From the human T2T-CHM13v2.0 reference genome, Homo sapiens: a stretch of 64,000 nucleotides of DNA. Location: the NCBI RefSeq assembly GCF_009914755.1, contig NC_060939.1. The stretch is one strand, 5' to 3'. The translations under genes and the position numbers were made by a program. Within the stretch, counting starts at the first letter, position 1. Every line of letters begins with the position of its first letter. Shown here one piece after another: positions 1 to 14,900 of the stretch. The notes under the pieces were generated by a model. The model had not been told where the DNA came from and did no database searches. It worked only from the letters and a program-made list of their open reading frames with translations.

Positions 1-89
1 GGTACATAAAATATGAAAGTACATCAAATATAGATTATATACTGTACATAAATTATCAAAGTACCCCAAATATATATTATATACTCTAC

Positions 90-462
90 ATGAAATATCA
101 AAGTTCACAAACTATATATTATATACTATACATAAAATATAAAAGTACCCAAGGTATATATTCTATACTGTACAAAAAATATCAAAGTACCCAAAGCATG
201 TATTATATACTGTATATAAAATATGAAAGTACATTAAATATATATTTTATTCTGTTTATAAAATATCAAAGTACACCAGATATATATTCTATAGTGTACA
301 TAAAATAACAAAGTACACAAACTATAAATTATATACTGTACATAAAATATGAAATTACATCAAATATATACTAGGTACATAAAATATGAAAGTACATCAA
401 ATATAGATTATATACTGTACATATAATATCAATGTACCCCAAATATATATTTTTTACTCTAC
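90..462 (+). repeat. Representative 373-bp unit (9-mer with a 5-bp deletion in monomer 7)
   Basis: The unit marker ATGAAATATCAAAGTTCAC occurs at 90, 463 and 836 (spacing 373). Monomer 7 typically ends ATATATATTAGGTAC (here ATATATACTAGGTAC) rather than ATATATATTATATTAGGTAC. Confidence 0.92.
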
Positions 463-3400
463 ATGAAATATCAAAGTTCACAAACCATACATTATATACT
501 GTACATAAAATATCAAAGTACCCAAGGTATATATTCTATACTGTACAAAAAATATCAAAGTACCCAAAGCATGTATTATATACTGTACATAAAATATGAA
601 AGTACATCAAATATATATTTTATTCTGTACATAAAATATCAAAGTACACCAGATATATATTCTATAGTGTACATAAAATATCAAAGTACCCAAACTATAC
701 ATTATACACTGTACATAAAATATGAAATTACATCAAATATATATTAGGTACATTAAATATGAAAGTACATCAAATATAGATTACATACTGTACATAAAAT
801 ATCAAAGTACCCCAAATATATATTATATACTCTACATGAAATATCAAAGTTCACAAACTATATATTATATACTGTACATAAAATATCAAAGTACCCATGG
901 TATATATTCTATACTGTACAAAAAATATCAAAGTACCCAAAGCATGTATTATATACTGTATATAAAATATGAAAGTACATCAAATATATATTTTATTCTG
1001 TACATAAAATATCAAAGTACACCAGATATATATTCTATAGTGTACATAAAATAACAAAGTACACAAACTATAGATTATATACTGTACATAAAATATGAAA
1101 TTACATCAAATATATATTAGGTACATAAAATATGAAAGTACATCAAATATAGATTATATACTGTACATAAAATATCAATGTACCCCAAATATATATTTTA
1201 TACTGTACATCAAAATCAAAGTTCACAAACTATATATTATATACTGTACATAAAATATCAAAGTATCCATGGTATATATTCTATACTGCACAAAAAATAT
1301 CAAAGTACCCAAAGCATGTATTATATACTGTACATAAAATATGAAAGTACATCAAATATATATTTTATTCTGTACATAAAATATCAAAGTACACCAGATA
1401 TATATTCTATAGTGTACATAAAATATCAAAGTACCCAAACTATACATTATATACTGTACATAAAATATGAAATTACATCAAATATATACTACGTACATAA
1501 AATATGAAAGTACATCAAATATAGATTATATACTGTACATAAAATATCAATGTATCCCAAATATATATTTTATACTCTACATGAAATATCAAAGTTCAGA
1601 AACCATATATTATATACTGTACATAAAATATCAAAGTACCCAAGGTATATATTCTATACTGTACAAAAAATATCAAAGTACCCAAAGCATGTATTATATA
1701 CTGTACATAAAATATGAAAGTACATCAAATATATATTTTATTCTGTACAAAGAAATCAAAGTACACCAGACATATATTCTATAGTGTACATAAAATATCA
1801 AAGTACCCAAATTATACATTATATACTGTACATAAAATATGAAATTACATCAAATATATTTTATATTAGGTACATAAAATATGAAACTACATCAAATATA
1901 GATTATATACTGTGCATAAAATATCAAAGTACCCCAAATATATATTATATACTCTACATGAAATATCAAAGTTCACAAACCATACATTATATACTGTACA
2001 TAAAATATCAAAGTACCCAAGGTATATATTCTATACTGTACAAAAAATATCAAAGTACACAAAGCATGTATTATATACTGTACATAAAATATGAAAGTAC
2101 ATCAAATATATATTTTATTCTGTACATAAAATATCAAAGTACACCAGATATATATTCTATAGTGTACATAAAATATCTAAGTACCCAAACTATACATTAT
2201 ATACTGTACATAAAATATGAAATTACATCAAATATATATTAGGTACATAAAATATGAAAGTACATCAAATATAGATTATATACTGTGCATAAAATATCAA
2301 AGTACCCCAAATATATATTATATACTCTACATGAAATATCAAAGTTCACAAACTATATATTATATACTGTACATAAAATATCAAAGTACCCAAGGTATAT
2401 ATTCTATACTGTACAGAAAATATCAAAGTACCCAAAGCATGTATTATATACTGTATATAAAATAAGAAAGTACATTAAATATATATTTTATTCTGTACAT
2501 AAAATATCAAAGTACACCAGATATATATTCTATAGTGTACATAAAATAACAAAGTACACAAACTATACATTATATACTGTACATAAAATATGAAATTACA
2601 TCAAATATATATTAGGTACATAAAATATGAAAGTACATCAAATATAGATTATATACTGTACATAAAATATCAATGTACCCCAAATATATATTTTATACTC
2701 TACATGGAATATCAAAGTTCACAAACCATATATTATATACTGTACATAAAATATCAAAGTACCCAATGTATATATTCTATACTATACAAAAAATATCAAA
2801 GTACCCAAAGCATGCATTATATACTGTACATAAAATATGAAAGTACATCAAATATATATTTTATTCTGTACATAAAATATCAAAGTACACCAGATATATA
2901 TTCTATAGTGTACATAAAATATCAAAATACCCAAACTATACATTATATACTGTACATAAAATATGAGATTACATCAAATATATATTATATTAGGTACATA
3001 AAATATGAAAGTACATCAAATATAGATTATATGCTGTACATTAAATACCAAAGTACCCCAAATATATATTTTATACTGTACATGAAATATCAAAGTTCAC
3101 AAACTATATATTATATACTGTACATAAAAGATCAAAGTACCCAAGGTATATATTCTATACTTTACAAAAAATATCAAAGTACCCAAAGCACGTATTATAT
3201 ACTGTACATAAAATATGAAAGTACATCAAATATATATTTTAATCTGTACATAAAATATCAAAGTACACCAGATATATATTCTATAGTGTACATAAAATAT
3301 CAAAGTACCCAAACTATACATTATATACTGTACATAAAATATGAAATTACATCAAATCTATATTAGGTACATAAAATATGAAAGTACATCAAATATAGAT

Positions 3401-4573
3401 TATATACTGTACATAAAATATCAAAGTACCCCAAATATATATTATATACTCTACATGAAATATCAAAGTTCACAAACTATATATTATATACTGTACATAA
3501 AATATCAAAGTAACCAAGGTATATATTCTATACTGTACAAAAAATATCAAAGTACCCAAAGGAGGTATTATATACTGTACATAAAATATGAAAGTACATC
3601 AAATATATATTTTATTCTGTACATAAAATATCAAAGTACACCAGATATATATTCTATATTGTACATAAAGTAACAAAGTACACAAACTATACATTATATA
3701 CTGTACATAAAATATGAAATTACATCATATATATATTAGGTACATAAAATATGAAAGTACATCAAATATAGATTATATACTGTACATATAATATCAATGT
3801 ACCCCAAATATATATTTTATACTCTACATGAAATATCAAAGTTCACAAACCATACATTATATACTGTACATAAAATATCAAAGTACCCAAGGTATATATT
3901 CTATACTGTACAAAAAATATCAAAGTACCCAAAGCATGTATTATATACTGTACATAAAATATGAAACTACATCAAATATATATTTTATTCTGTACATAAA
4001 ATATCAAAGTACACCAGATATATATTCTATAGTGTACATAAAGTAACAAAGTACACAAACTATACATTATACACTGTACATAAAATATGAAATTACATCA
4101 AATATATATTAGGTACATAAAATATGAAAGTACATCAAATATAGATTATATACTGTACATAAAATATCAAACTACCCCAAATATATATTATATACTCTAC
4201 ATGAAATATCAAATTTCACAAACTATATATTATACACTGTACATAAAATATCAAAGTACCCAAGGTATATATTCTATACTGTACAAAAAATACCAAAGTA
4301 CCCAAAGCATGTATTATATACTGTATATAAAATATGAAAGTACATTAAAGATATATTTTATTCTGTACATAAAATATCAAAGTACACCAGATATATATTC
4401 TAGAGTGTACATAAAATAACAAAGTACACAAACTATAAATTATATACTGTACATAAAATATGAAATTACATCAAATATATAATAGGTACATAAAATATGA
4501 AAGTACATCAAATATAGATTATATACTGTACATATAATATCAATGTACCGCAAATATATATTTTATACTCTAC

Positions 4574-4951
4574 ATGAAATATCAAAGTTCACAAACCATA
4601 CATTATATACTGTACATAAAATATCAAAGTACCCAAGGTATACATTCTATACTGTACAAAAAATATCAAAGTACCCAAAGCATGTATTATATACTGTACA
4701 TAAAATATGAAAGTACATCAAATATATATTTTATTCTGTACATAAAATATCAAGGTACACCAGATATATATTCTATAGTGTACATAAAATATCAAAGTAC
4801 CCAAACTATACATTATATACTGTACATAAAATATGAAATTACATCAAATATATATTATATTAGGTACATAAAATATGAAAGTACATCAAATATAGATTAT
4901 ATACTGTACATTAAATACCAAAGTACCCCAAATATATATTTTATACTGTAC
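4574..4951 (+). repeat. Representative full-length 378-bp 9-mer unit
   Basis: ATGAAATATCAAAGTTCAC at 4574 and 4952. It contains the long junction TATATTATATTAGGTAC (~4851-4867), and the reading frame is preserved across the unit. Confidence 0.92.
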
Positions 4952-7900
4952 ATGAAATATCAAAGTTCACAAACTATATATTATATACTGTACATAAAAT
5001 ATCAAAGAACCCAAGGTATATATTCTATACTGTACAAAAGATATCAAAGTACCCAAAGCATGTATTATATACTGTACATAAAATATGAAAGTACATCAAA
5101 TATATATTTTATTCTGTACATAAAATATCAAAGTACACCAGATATATATTCTATAGTGTACATAAAATATCAAAGTACCCAAACTATTTATTATATACTG
5201 TACATAAAATATGAAATTACATCAAATATATATTATATTACGTACATAAAATATGAAAGTACATCAAATATAGATTATATGCTGTACATTAAATACCAAA
5301 GTACCCCAAATATATATTTTATACTGTACATGAAATATCAAAGTTCACAAACTATATATTATATACTGTACATAAAATATCAAAGTACCCAAGGTATATA
5401 TTCTATACTGTACAAAAAATATCAAAGTACCCAAAGCACGTATTATATACTGTACATAAAATATGAAAGTACATCAAATATATATTTTATTCTGTACATA
5501 AAGTATCAAAGTACACCAGATATATATTCTATAGTGTATATAAAATATCAAAGTACCCAAACTATACATTATATACTGTACATAAAATATGAAATTACAT
5601 AAAATCTATATTAGGCACATAAAATATGAAAGTACATCAAATATAGGTTATATACTGTACATAAAATATCAAAGTACCCCAAATATATATTATATACTCT
5701 ACATGAAATACCAAAGTTCACAAACTATATATTATATACTGTACATAAAATATCAAAGTACCCAAGGTATATATTCTATACTGTGCAAAAAATATCAAAG
5801 TACCCAAAGCAGGTATTATATACTGTATATAAAATATGAAAATACATCAAATATATATTTTATTCTGTACATAAAATATCAAAGTACACCAGATATATAT
5901 TCTATAGTGTACATAAAATAACAAAGTACAAAAACTATAAATTATATACTGTACATAAAATATGAAATTACATCAAATATATATTAAGTACATAAAATAT
6001 GAAAGTACATCAAATATAGATTATATACTGTACATAAAATATCAATGTACCCCAAATATATATTTTATACTCTACATGAAATATCAAAGTTCACAAACCA
6101 TATATTATATACTGTACATAATATATCAAAGTACCCAAGGTATATATTCTATACTATACAAAAAATATCAAAGTACCCAAAACATGTATTATATACTGTA
6201 CATAAAATATGAAAGTACATCAAATATATATTTTATTCTGTACATAAAATATCAAAGTACAGCAGATATATATTCTATAGTGTACATAAAATATCAAAGT
6301 ACCCAAACTATACATTATATACTATACATAAAATATGAGATTACATCAAATATATATTATATTAGGTACATAAAATATGAAAGTACATCAAATATAGATT
6401 ATATACTGTACATAACATATCAAAGTACCCCAAATATATATTATATACTCTACATGAAATATCAAAGTTCACAAACTATATATTATATACTGTACATAAA
6501 ATATCAAAGTACCCAAGGTATATATTCTATACTGTACAAAAGATATCAAAGTACCCAAAGCATGTATTATATACTGTATATAAAATATGAAAGTACATTA
6601 AATATATATTTTATTCTGTACATAAAATATCAAAGTACACCAGATATATATTCTATAGTGTACATAAAATAACAAAGTACACAAACTATAAATTCTATAC
6701 AGTACATAAAATATGAAATTACATCAAATATATATTAGGTACATAAAATATGAAAGTACATCAAATATAGATTATATGCTGTACATATAATATCAATGTA
6801 CCCCAAATATATATTTTATAGTCTACATGAAATATCAAAGTTCACAAACCATACATTATATACTGTACATAAAATATCAAAGTACCCAAGGAATATATTC
6901 TATACAGTACAAAAAATATCAAAGTACCCAAAGCATGTATTATATACTGTACATAAAATGTGAAAGTACATTAAATATATATTTTATTCTGTACATAAAA
7001 TATCAAAGTACACCAGATATATATTCTATAGTGTACATAAAATATCAAAATACCCAAACTATACATTATATAGTGTACATAAAGTATGAAATTACATCAA
7101 ATATATATTAGGTACATAAAATATGAAAGTACATCAAATATAGATTATATACTGTACATAAAACATCAAAGTACCCCAAATATATATTATATACTCTACA
7201 TGAAATATCAAAGTTCACAAACTATATATTATAAACTGTACATAAAATATCAAAGTACCCAAGGTATATATTCTATACTGTACAAAAAATATCAAAGTAC
7301 CCAAAGCACCTATTATATACTGTACATAAAATATGAAATTACATCAAATATATATTTTATTCTGTACATAAAATATCAAAGTACACCAGATATATATTCT
7401 ATAGTGTACATAAAATATAAAAGTACCCAAACTATTTATTATATACTGTATATAAAATATGAAATTACATCAAATATATATTATATTAGGTACATAAAAT
7501 ATGAAAGTTCATCAAATATAGATTATATGCTGTACATTAAATACCAAAGTACCCCAAATATATATTTTACACTGTACATGAAATATCAAAGTCCACAAAC
7601 TATATATTATATACTGTACATAAAATATCAAAGTACTCAAGGTATATATTCTATACTGTACAAAAAATATCAAAGTACCCAAAGCACGTATTATATACTG
7701 TACATAAAATATGAAAGTACATCAAATATATATTTTATTCTGTACATAAAATATCAAAGTACACCAGATATATATTCTATATTGTACATAAAATATCAAA
7801 GTACCCAAACTATACATTATATACTGTACATAAAATAGGAAATTACATCAAATATATATTAGGTACATAAAATATGAAAGTACAACAAATATAGATTATA

Positions 7901-10900
7901 TACTGTACTTATAATATCAATGTACCGCAAATATATATTTTATACTCTACATGAAATATCAAAGTTCACAAACCATATATTATATACTGTACATAAAATA
8001 TCAAAGTACCCAAGGTATACATTCTATATTGTACAAAAAATATCAAAGTACCCAAAGCATGTATTATATACTGTACATAAAATATGAAAGTACATCAAAT
8101 ATATATTTTATTCTGTACATAAAATATCAAGGTACTCCAGATATATATTCTATAGTGTACATAAAATATCAAAGTACCCAAACTATACATTATATACTGT
8201 ACATAAAATATGAAATTACATCAAATATATATTATATTAGGTACATAAAATATGAAAGTACATCAAATATAGATTATATACTGTACATTAAATACCAAAG
8301 TACCCCAAATATATATTTTATACTCTACATGAAATATCAAAGTTCACAAACCAGATATTATATACTGTACATAAAATATCAAAGAACCCAAGTTATATAT
8401 TCTATACTGTACAAAAGATATCAAAGTACCCAAAGCATGTATTATATACTGTACATAAAATATGAAAGTACATCAAATATATATTTTATTCTGTACATAA
8501 AATATCAAAGTACACCAGATATATATTCTATAGTGTACATAAAATATCAAAGTACCCAAACTATACATTCTATACTATACATAAAATATAAGATTACATC
8601 AAATATATATTATATTAGGTACATAAAATATGAAAGTACATCAAATATAGATTATATACTGTACATAAAATATCAAAGTACCCCAAATATATATTATATA
8701 CTCTACATGAAATATCAAAGTTCACAAACTATATATTATATACTGTACATAAAATATCAAAGTACCCAAGGTATATATTCTATACTGTACAAAAGATATC
8801 AAAGTACCCAAAGCATGTATTATATACTGTATATAAAATATGAAAGTACATTAAATATATATTTTATTCTGTACATAAAATATCAAAGTACACCAGATAT
8901 ATATTCTATAGTGTACATAAAATAACAAAGTACACAAACTATAAATTATATACTGTACATAAAATATGAAATTACATCAAATATATATTAGGTACATAAA
9001 ATATGAAAGTACATCAAATATAGATTATATACTGTACATATAATATCAATGTACCCCAAATATATATTTTATAGTCTACATGAAATATCAAAGTTCACAA
9101 ACCATACATTATATACTGTTCATAAAATATCAAAATACCCAAGGTATATATTCTATACTGTACAAAAAATATCAAAGTACCCAAAGCATGTATTATATAC
9201 TGTACATAAAATATGAAAGTACATTAAATATATATTTTATTCTGTACATAAAATATCAAAGTACACCAGATATATATTCTATAGTGTACATAAAATATCA
9301 AAGTACCCAAACTATACATTATATAGTGTACATAAAATATGAAATTACATCAAATATATATTAGGTACATAAAATATGAAAGTACATGAAATATAGATTA
9401 TATACTGTACATAAAATATCAAAGTACCCCAAATATATATTATATACTCTACATGAAATATCAAAGTTCACAAACTATATATTATATACTGTACATAAAA
9501 TATCAAAGAACCAAAGGTATATATTCTATACTATACAAAAAATATCAAAGTACCCAAAGCATGTGTTATATACTGTATATAAAATAAGAAAGTACATTAA
9601 ATATATATTTTATTCTGTCCATAAAATATCAAAGTACACCAGATATATATTCTATAGTGTACATAAAATAACAAAGTACACAAACTATAAATTATATACT
9701 GTACATAAAATATGAAATTACATCAAATATATATTAGGTACATAAAATATGAAAGTACATCAAATATAGATTATATACTGAACATATAATATCAATGTAC
9801 CCCAAATATATATTTGATACTCTACATGATATATCAAAGTTCACAATCTATATATTATATACTGTACATAAAATATCAAAGTACCCAAGGTATATATTCT
9901 ATACTGTACAAAAAATATCAAAGTACCCAAAGCATGTATTATATACTGTACATAAAATATGAAAGTACATCAAATATATATTTTATTCTGTACATAAAAT
10001 ATCAAAGTACACCAGATATATATTCTATAGTGTATATAAAATATCAAAGTACCCAAACTATACATTATATACTGTACATAAAATATGAAATTACATCAAA
10101 TATATATTAGGTACATAAAATATGAAAGTACATGAAATATAGATTATATACTGTACATAAAATATCAATGTACCCCAAATATATATTTTATACTCTACAT
10201 GAAATATCAAAGTTCACAAACCATATATTATATACTGTACATAAAATATCAAAGTACGCAAGGTATATATTCTATACTATACAAAAAATATCAAAGTACC
10301 CAAAGCATGTATTATATACTGTACATAAAATATGAAAGTACATCAAATATATATTTTATTCTGTACATAAAATATCAAAGTACACTAGATATATATTCTA
10401 TAGTGTACATAAAATATCAAAATACCCAAACTATACATTATATACTGTACATAAAATATGAGATTACATCAAATATATATTATATTAGGTACATAAAATA
10501 TGAAAGTACATCAAATATAGATTATATACTGTACATAAAATATCAAAGTACCCCGAATATATATTATATACTCTACAGGAAATATCAAAGTTCACAAAGT
10601 ATATATTATATACTGTACATAAAATATCAAAGTACCCAAGGTATATATTCTATACTGTACAAAAAATATCAAAGTACCCAAAGCATGTATTATATACTGT
10701 ATATAAAATATGAAAATACATTAAATATATATTTTATTCTGTACATAAAATATCAAAGTACACCAGATATATATTCTATAGTGTACATAAAATAACAAAG
10801 TACACAAACTATAAATTATATACTGTACGTAAAATATGAAATTACATCAAATATATATTAGGTACATAAAATATGAAAGTACATCAAATATAGATTATAT

Positions 10901-11705
10901 ACTGTACATATAATATCAATGTACCCCAAATATATATTTTATACTCTACATGAAATATCAAAGTTCACAAACCATACATTATATACTTTACATAAAATAT
11001 CAAAGTACCCATGATATATATTCTATACTGTACAAAAGATATCAAAGTACCCAAAGCATGTATTATATACTGTACATAAAATATGAAAGTACATCAAATA
11101 TATATTTTATTCTGTACATAAAATATCAAAGTACACCAGATATATATTCTATAGTGTACATAAAATATGAAAATACCCAAACTATATATTATATACTGTA
11201 CATAAAATATGAAATTACATCAAATATGTATTATATTAGGTACATAAAATATGAAAGTACATCAAATATAGATTATATACCGTACATAAAATATCAAAGT
11301 ACCCCAAATATATATTATATACTATACATAAAATATCAAATTTCACAAACTATATATTATATACTGTACATAAAATATCAAAGTACCCAATGTATATATT
11401 CTATAGTGTACAAAAAATATCAAAGTACCCAAAGCATGTATTATATACTGTACATAAAATATAAAAGTACATCAAATATATATTTTATTGTGTACATAAA
11501 ATATGAAAGTACACCAGATATATATTCTATAGTGTAGATAAAATATCAAAGTACCCAAACTATACATTATATACTGTACATAAAATATGAAATTACATCA
11601 AATATATATTATATTAGGTACTTAAAATATGAAAGTACATCAAATATAGATTATATACTGTACATAAAATATCAAAGTACCCCAAATATATATTATATAC
11701 TGTAC

Positions 11706-11956
11706 ATGAAATATCAAAGTTCACAACTATATATTATATACTGTACATAAAATATCAAAGTCCCCAAGGTATATATTCTATACTGTACAAAAAATATCAA
11801 AGTACCCAAAGCATGTATTATATACTGTACATAAAATATGAAATTACATCAAATATATATTATATTAGGTACATAAAATATGAAACTACATCAAATATAG
11901 ATTATATACTGTACATAAAATATCAAAGTACCCCAAATATATATTATATACTGTAC
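11706..11956 (+). repeat. Truncated 251-bp 6-mer unit (monomers 4-6 missing plus a 1-bp deletion); paralogs at 48239-48489 and 50949-51199
   Basis: Unit-start ATGs at 11706/11957, 48239/48490 and 50949/51200. Monomer 3 (AAAGCATG) is directly followed by monomer 7 (GAAATTA...TTAGG). Confidence 0.85.
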
Positions 11957-11999
11957 ATGAAATATCAAAGTTCACAACTATATATTACATACTGTACAT

Positions 12000-14900
12000 A
12001 AAATATCAAAGTACCCAAGGTATATATTCTATACTGTACAAAAAATATCAAAGTACCCAAAGCATGTATTTTATACTGTACATAAAATATGAAAGTACAT
12101 CAAATATATATTTTATTCTGTACATAAAATATCAAAGTACACCAGATATATATTCTATAGTGTATATAAAATATCAAAGTACCCAAACTATACATTATAT
12201 ACTGTACATAAAATATGAAATTACATCAAATATATATTATATTAGGTACATAAAATATGAAAGTACATGAAATATAGATTATATACTCTACATAAAATAT
12301 CAAAGTACCCCAAATTTATATTATATACTATACATGAAATATCAAAGTTCACAAACTATATATTATATACTGTACATAAAATATCAAAGTACCCAAGGTA
12401 TATATTCTATAGTGTACAAAAAATATCAAATTACCCTAAGCATGTATTATATACTGTACGTAAAATATAAAATTACATCGAATATATATTTTATTCTGTA
12501 CATAAAATATCAAAGTACACCAGATATATATTCTATAGTGTACATAAAATATCAAAGTACCCAAACTATACATTATACACTGTACATAAAATATGAAATT
12601 ACATCAAATATATATTAGGTACATAAAATATGAAAGTACATCAAATATAGATTATATACTGTACATATAATATCAATGTACCCCAAATATATATTTTATA
12701 CTCTACATGAAATATCAAAGTTCACAAACCATATATTATATACTGTACATAAAATATCAAAGTACCCAAGGTATATATTCTATATTGTACAAAAAATATC
12801 AAAGTACCCAAAGCATGTATTATATACTGTACATAAAATGTGAAAGTACATCAAATATATATTTTATTCTGTACATAAAATATCAAAGTACACCAGATAT
12901 ATATTCTATAGTGTACATAAAATATCAAAGTACCCAAACTATACATTATATACTGTACATAAAATATGAAATTACATCAAATATATATTATATTAGGTAC
13001 ATAAAATATGAAAGTACATCAAATATAGATTATATACTGTACATAAAATATCAAAGTACCCCAAATATATATTATATACTCTACATGAAATATCAAAGTT
13101 CACAAACTATATATTATATACTGTACATAAAATATCAATGTACCCAAGGTATATATTCTACACTGCACAAAAAATATCAAAGTACCCAAAGCATGTATTA
13201 TATACTGTATATAAAATATGAAGGTACATCAAATATATATTTTATTCTCTACATAAAATATCAAAGTACACCAGATATATATTCTATAGTGTACATAAAA
13301 TAACAAAGTACACAAACTATAAATTATATCCTGTACATAAAATATGAAATTACATCAAATATATATTAGGTACATAAAATATGAAAGTACATCAAATATA
13401 GATTATATACTGTACATAAAATATCAATGTACCCCAAATATATATTTTATACTCTACATGAAATATCAAAGTTCACAAACCATATATTATATACTGTACA
13501 TAAAATATCAAAGTACCCAAGGTATATATTCTATACTTTACAAAAAATATCAAAGTACCAAAAGCATTTATTATATACTGTACATAAAATATGAAACTAC
13601 ATCAAATATATATTTTATTCTGTACATAAAATATCAAAGTACACCAGATATATATTCTATAGTGTACATAAAATATCAAAGTACCCAAACTATACATTAT
13701 ATACTGTACATAAAATATGAAATTACATCAAATATATTTTATATTAGGTACATAAAATATGAAAGTACATCAAATATAGATTATATACTGTACATTAAAT
13801 ACCAAAGTACCCCAAATATATATTTTATACTGTACATGAAATATCAAAGTTCACACACTATATATTATATACTGTACATAAAATATCAAAGTACCCAAGG
13901 TATATATTCTATACTGTACAAAAAATATCAAAGTACCCAAAGCATGTATTATATACTGTACATAAAATATGAAAGTACATCAAATATATATTTTATTCTC
14001 TACATAATATATCAAAATACACCAGATATATATTCTATAGTGTACATAAAATAACAAAGTACACAAACTATACATTATATACTGTACATAAAGTATGAAA
14101 TTACATCAAATATATATTAGGTACATAAAATATGAAACTACATCAAATATAGATTATATACTGTACATATAATATCAATGTACCCCAAATATATACTTTA
14201 AACTCTACATGAAATATCAAAGTTCACAAACCATACATTATATACTGTACATAAAATATCAAAGTACCCAAGGTATATATTCTATACTGTACAAAAAATA
14301 TCAATGTACCCAAAGCATGTATTATATACTGTACATAAAATATGAAAGTACATCAAATATATATTTTATTCTGTACATAAAATATCAAAGTACACCAGAT
14401 ATATATTCTATAGTGTACATAAAATATAAAAGTACCCAAACTATACATTATATACTGTACATAAAATATGAAATTACATCAAATATATATTATATTAGGT
14501 ACATAAAATATGAAAGTACATCAAATATAGATTATATACTGTACATTAAATACCAAAGTACCCCAAATATATATTTTATACTGTACATGAAATATGAAAG
14601 TTCACAAACTATATATTATATACTGTACATAAGATATCAAAGTACCCAAGGTATATATTCTATATTGTACAAAAAATATCAAAGTACCCAAAGCATGTAT
14701 TATATACTGTACATAAAATATGAAAGTACATCAAATATATATTTTATTCTGTACATAAAATATCAAAGAACACCAGATATATATTCTATAGTGTACATAA
14801 AATATCAAAGTACACAAACTATACATTATATACTGTACATGAAATATGAAATTACATCAAATATATATTAGGTACATAAAATATGAAAGTACATCAAATA

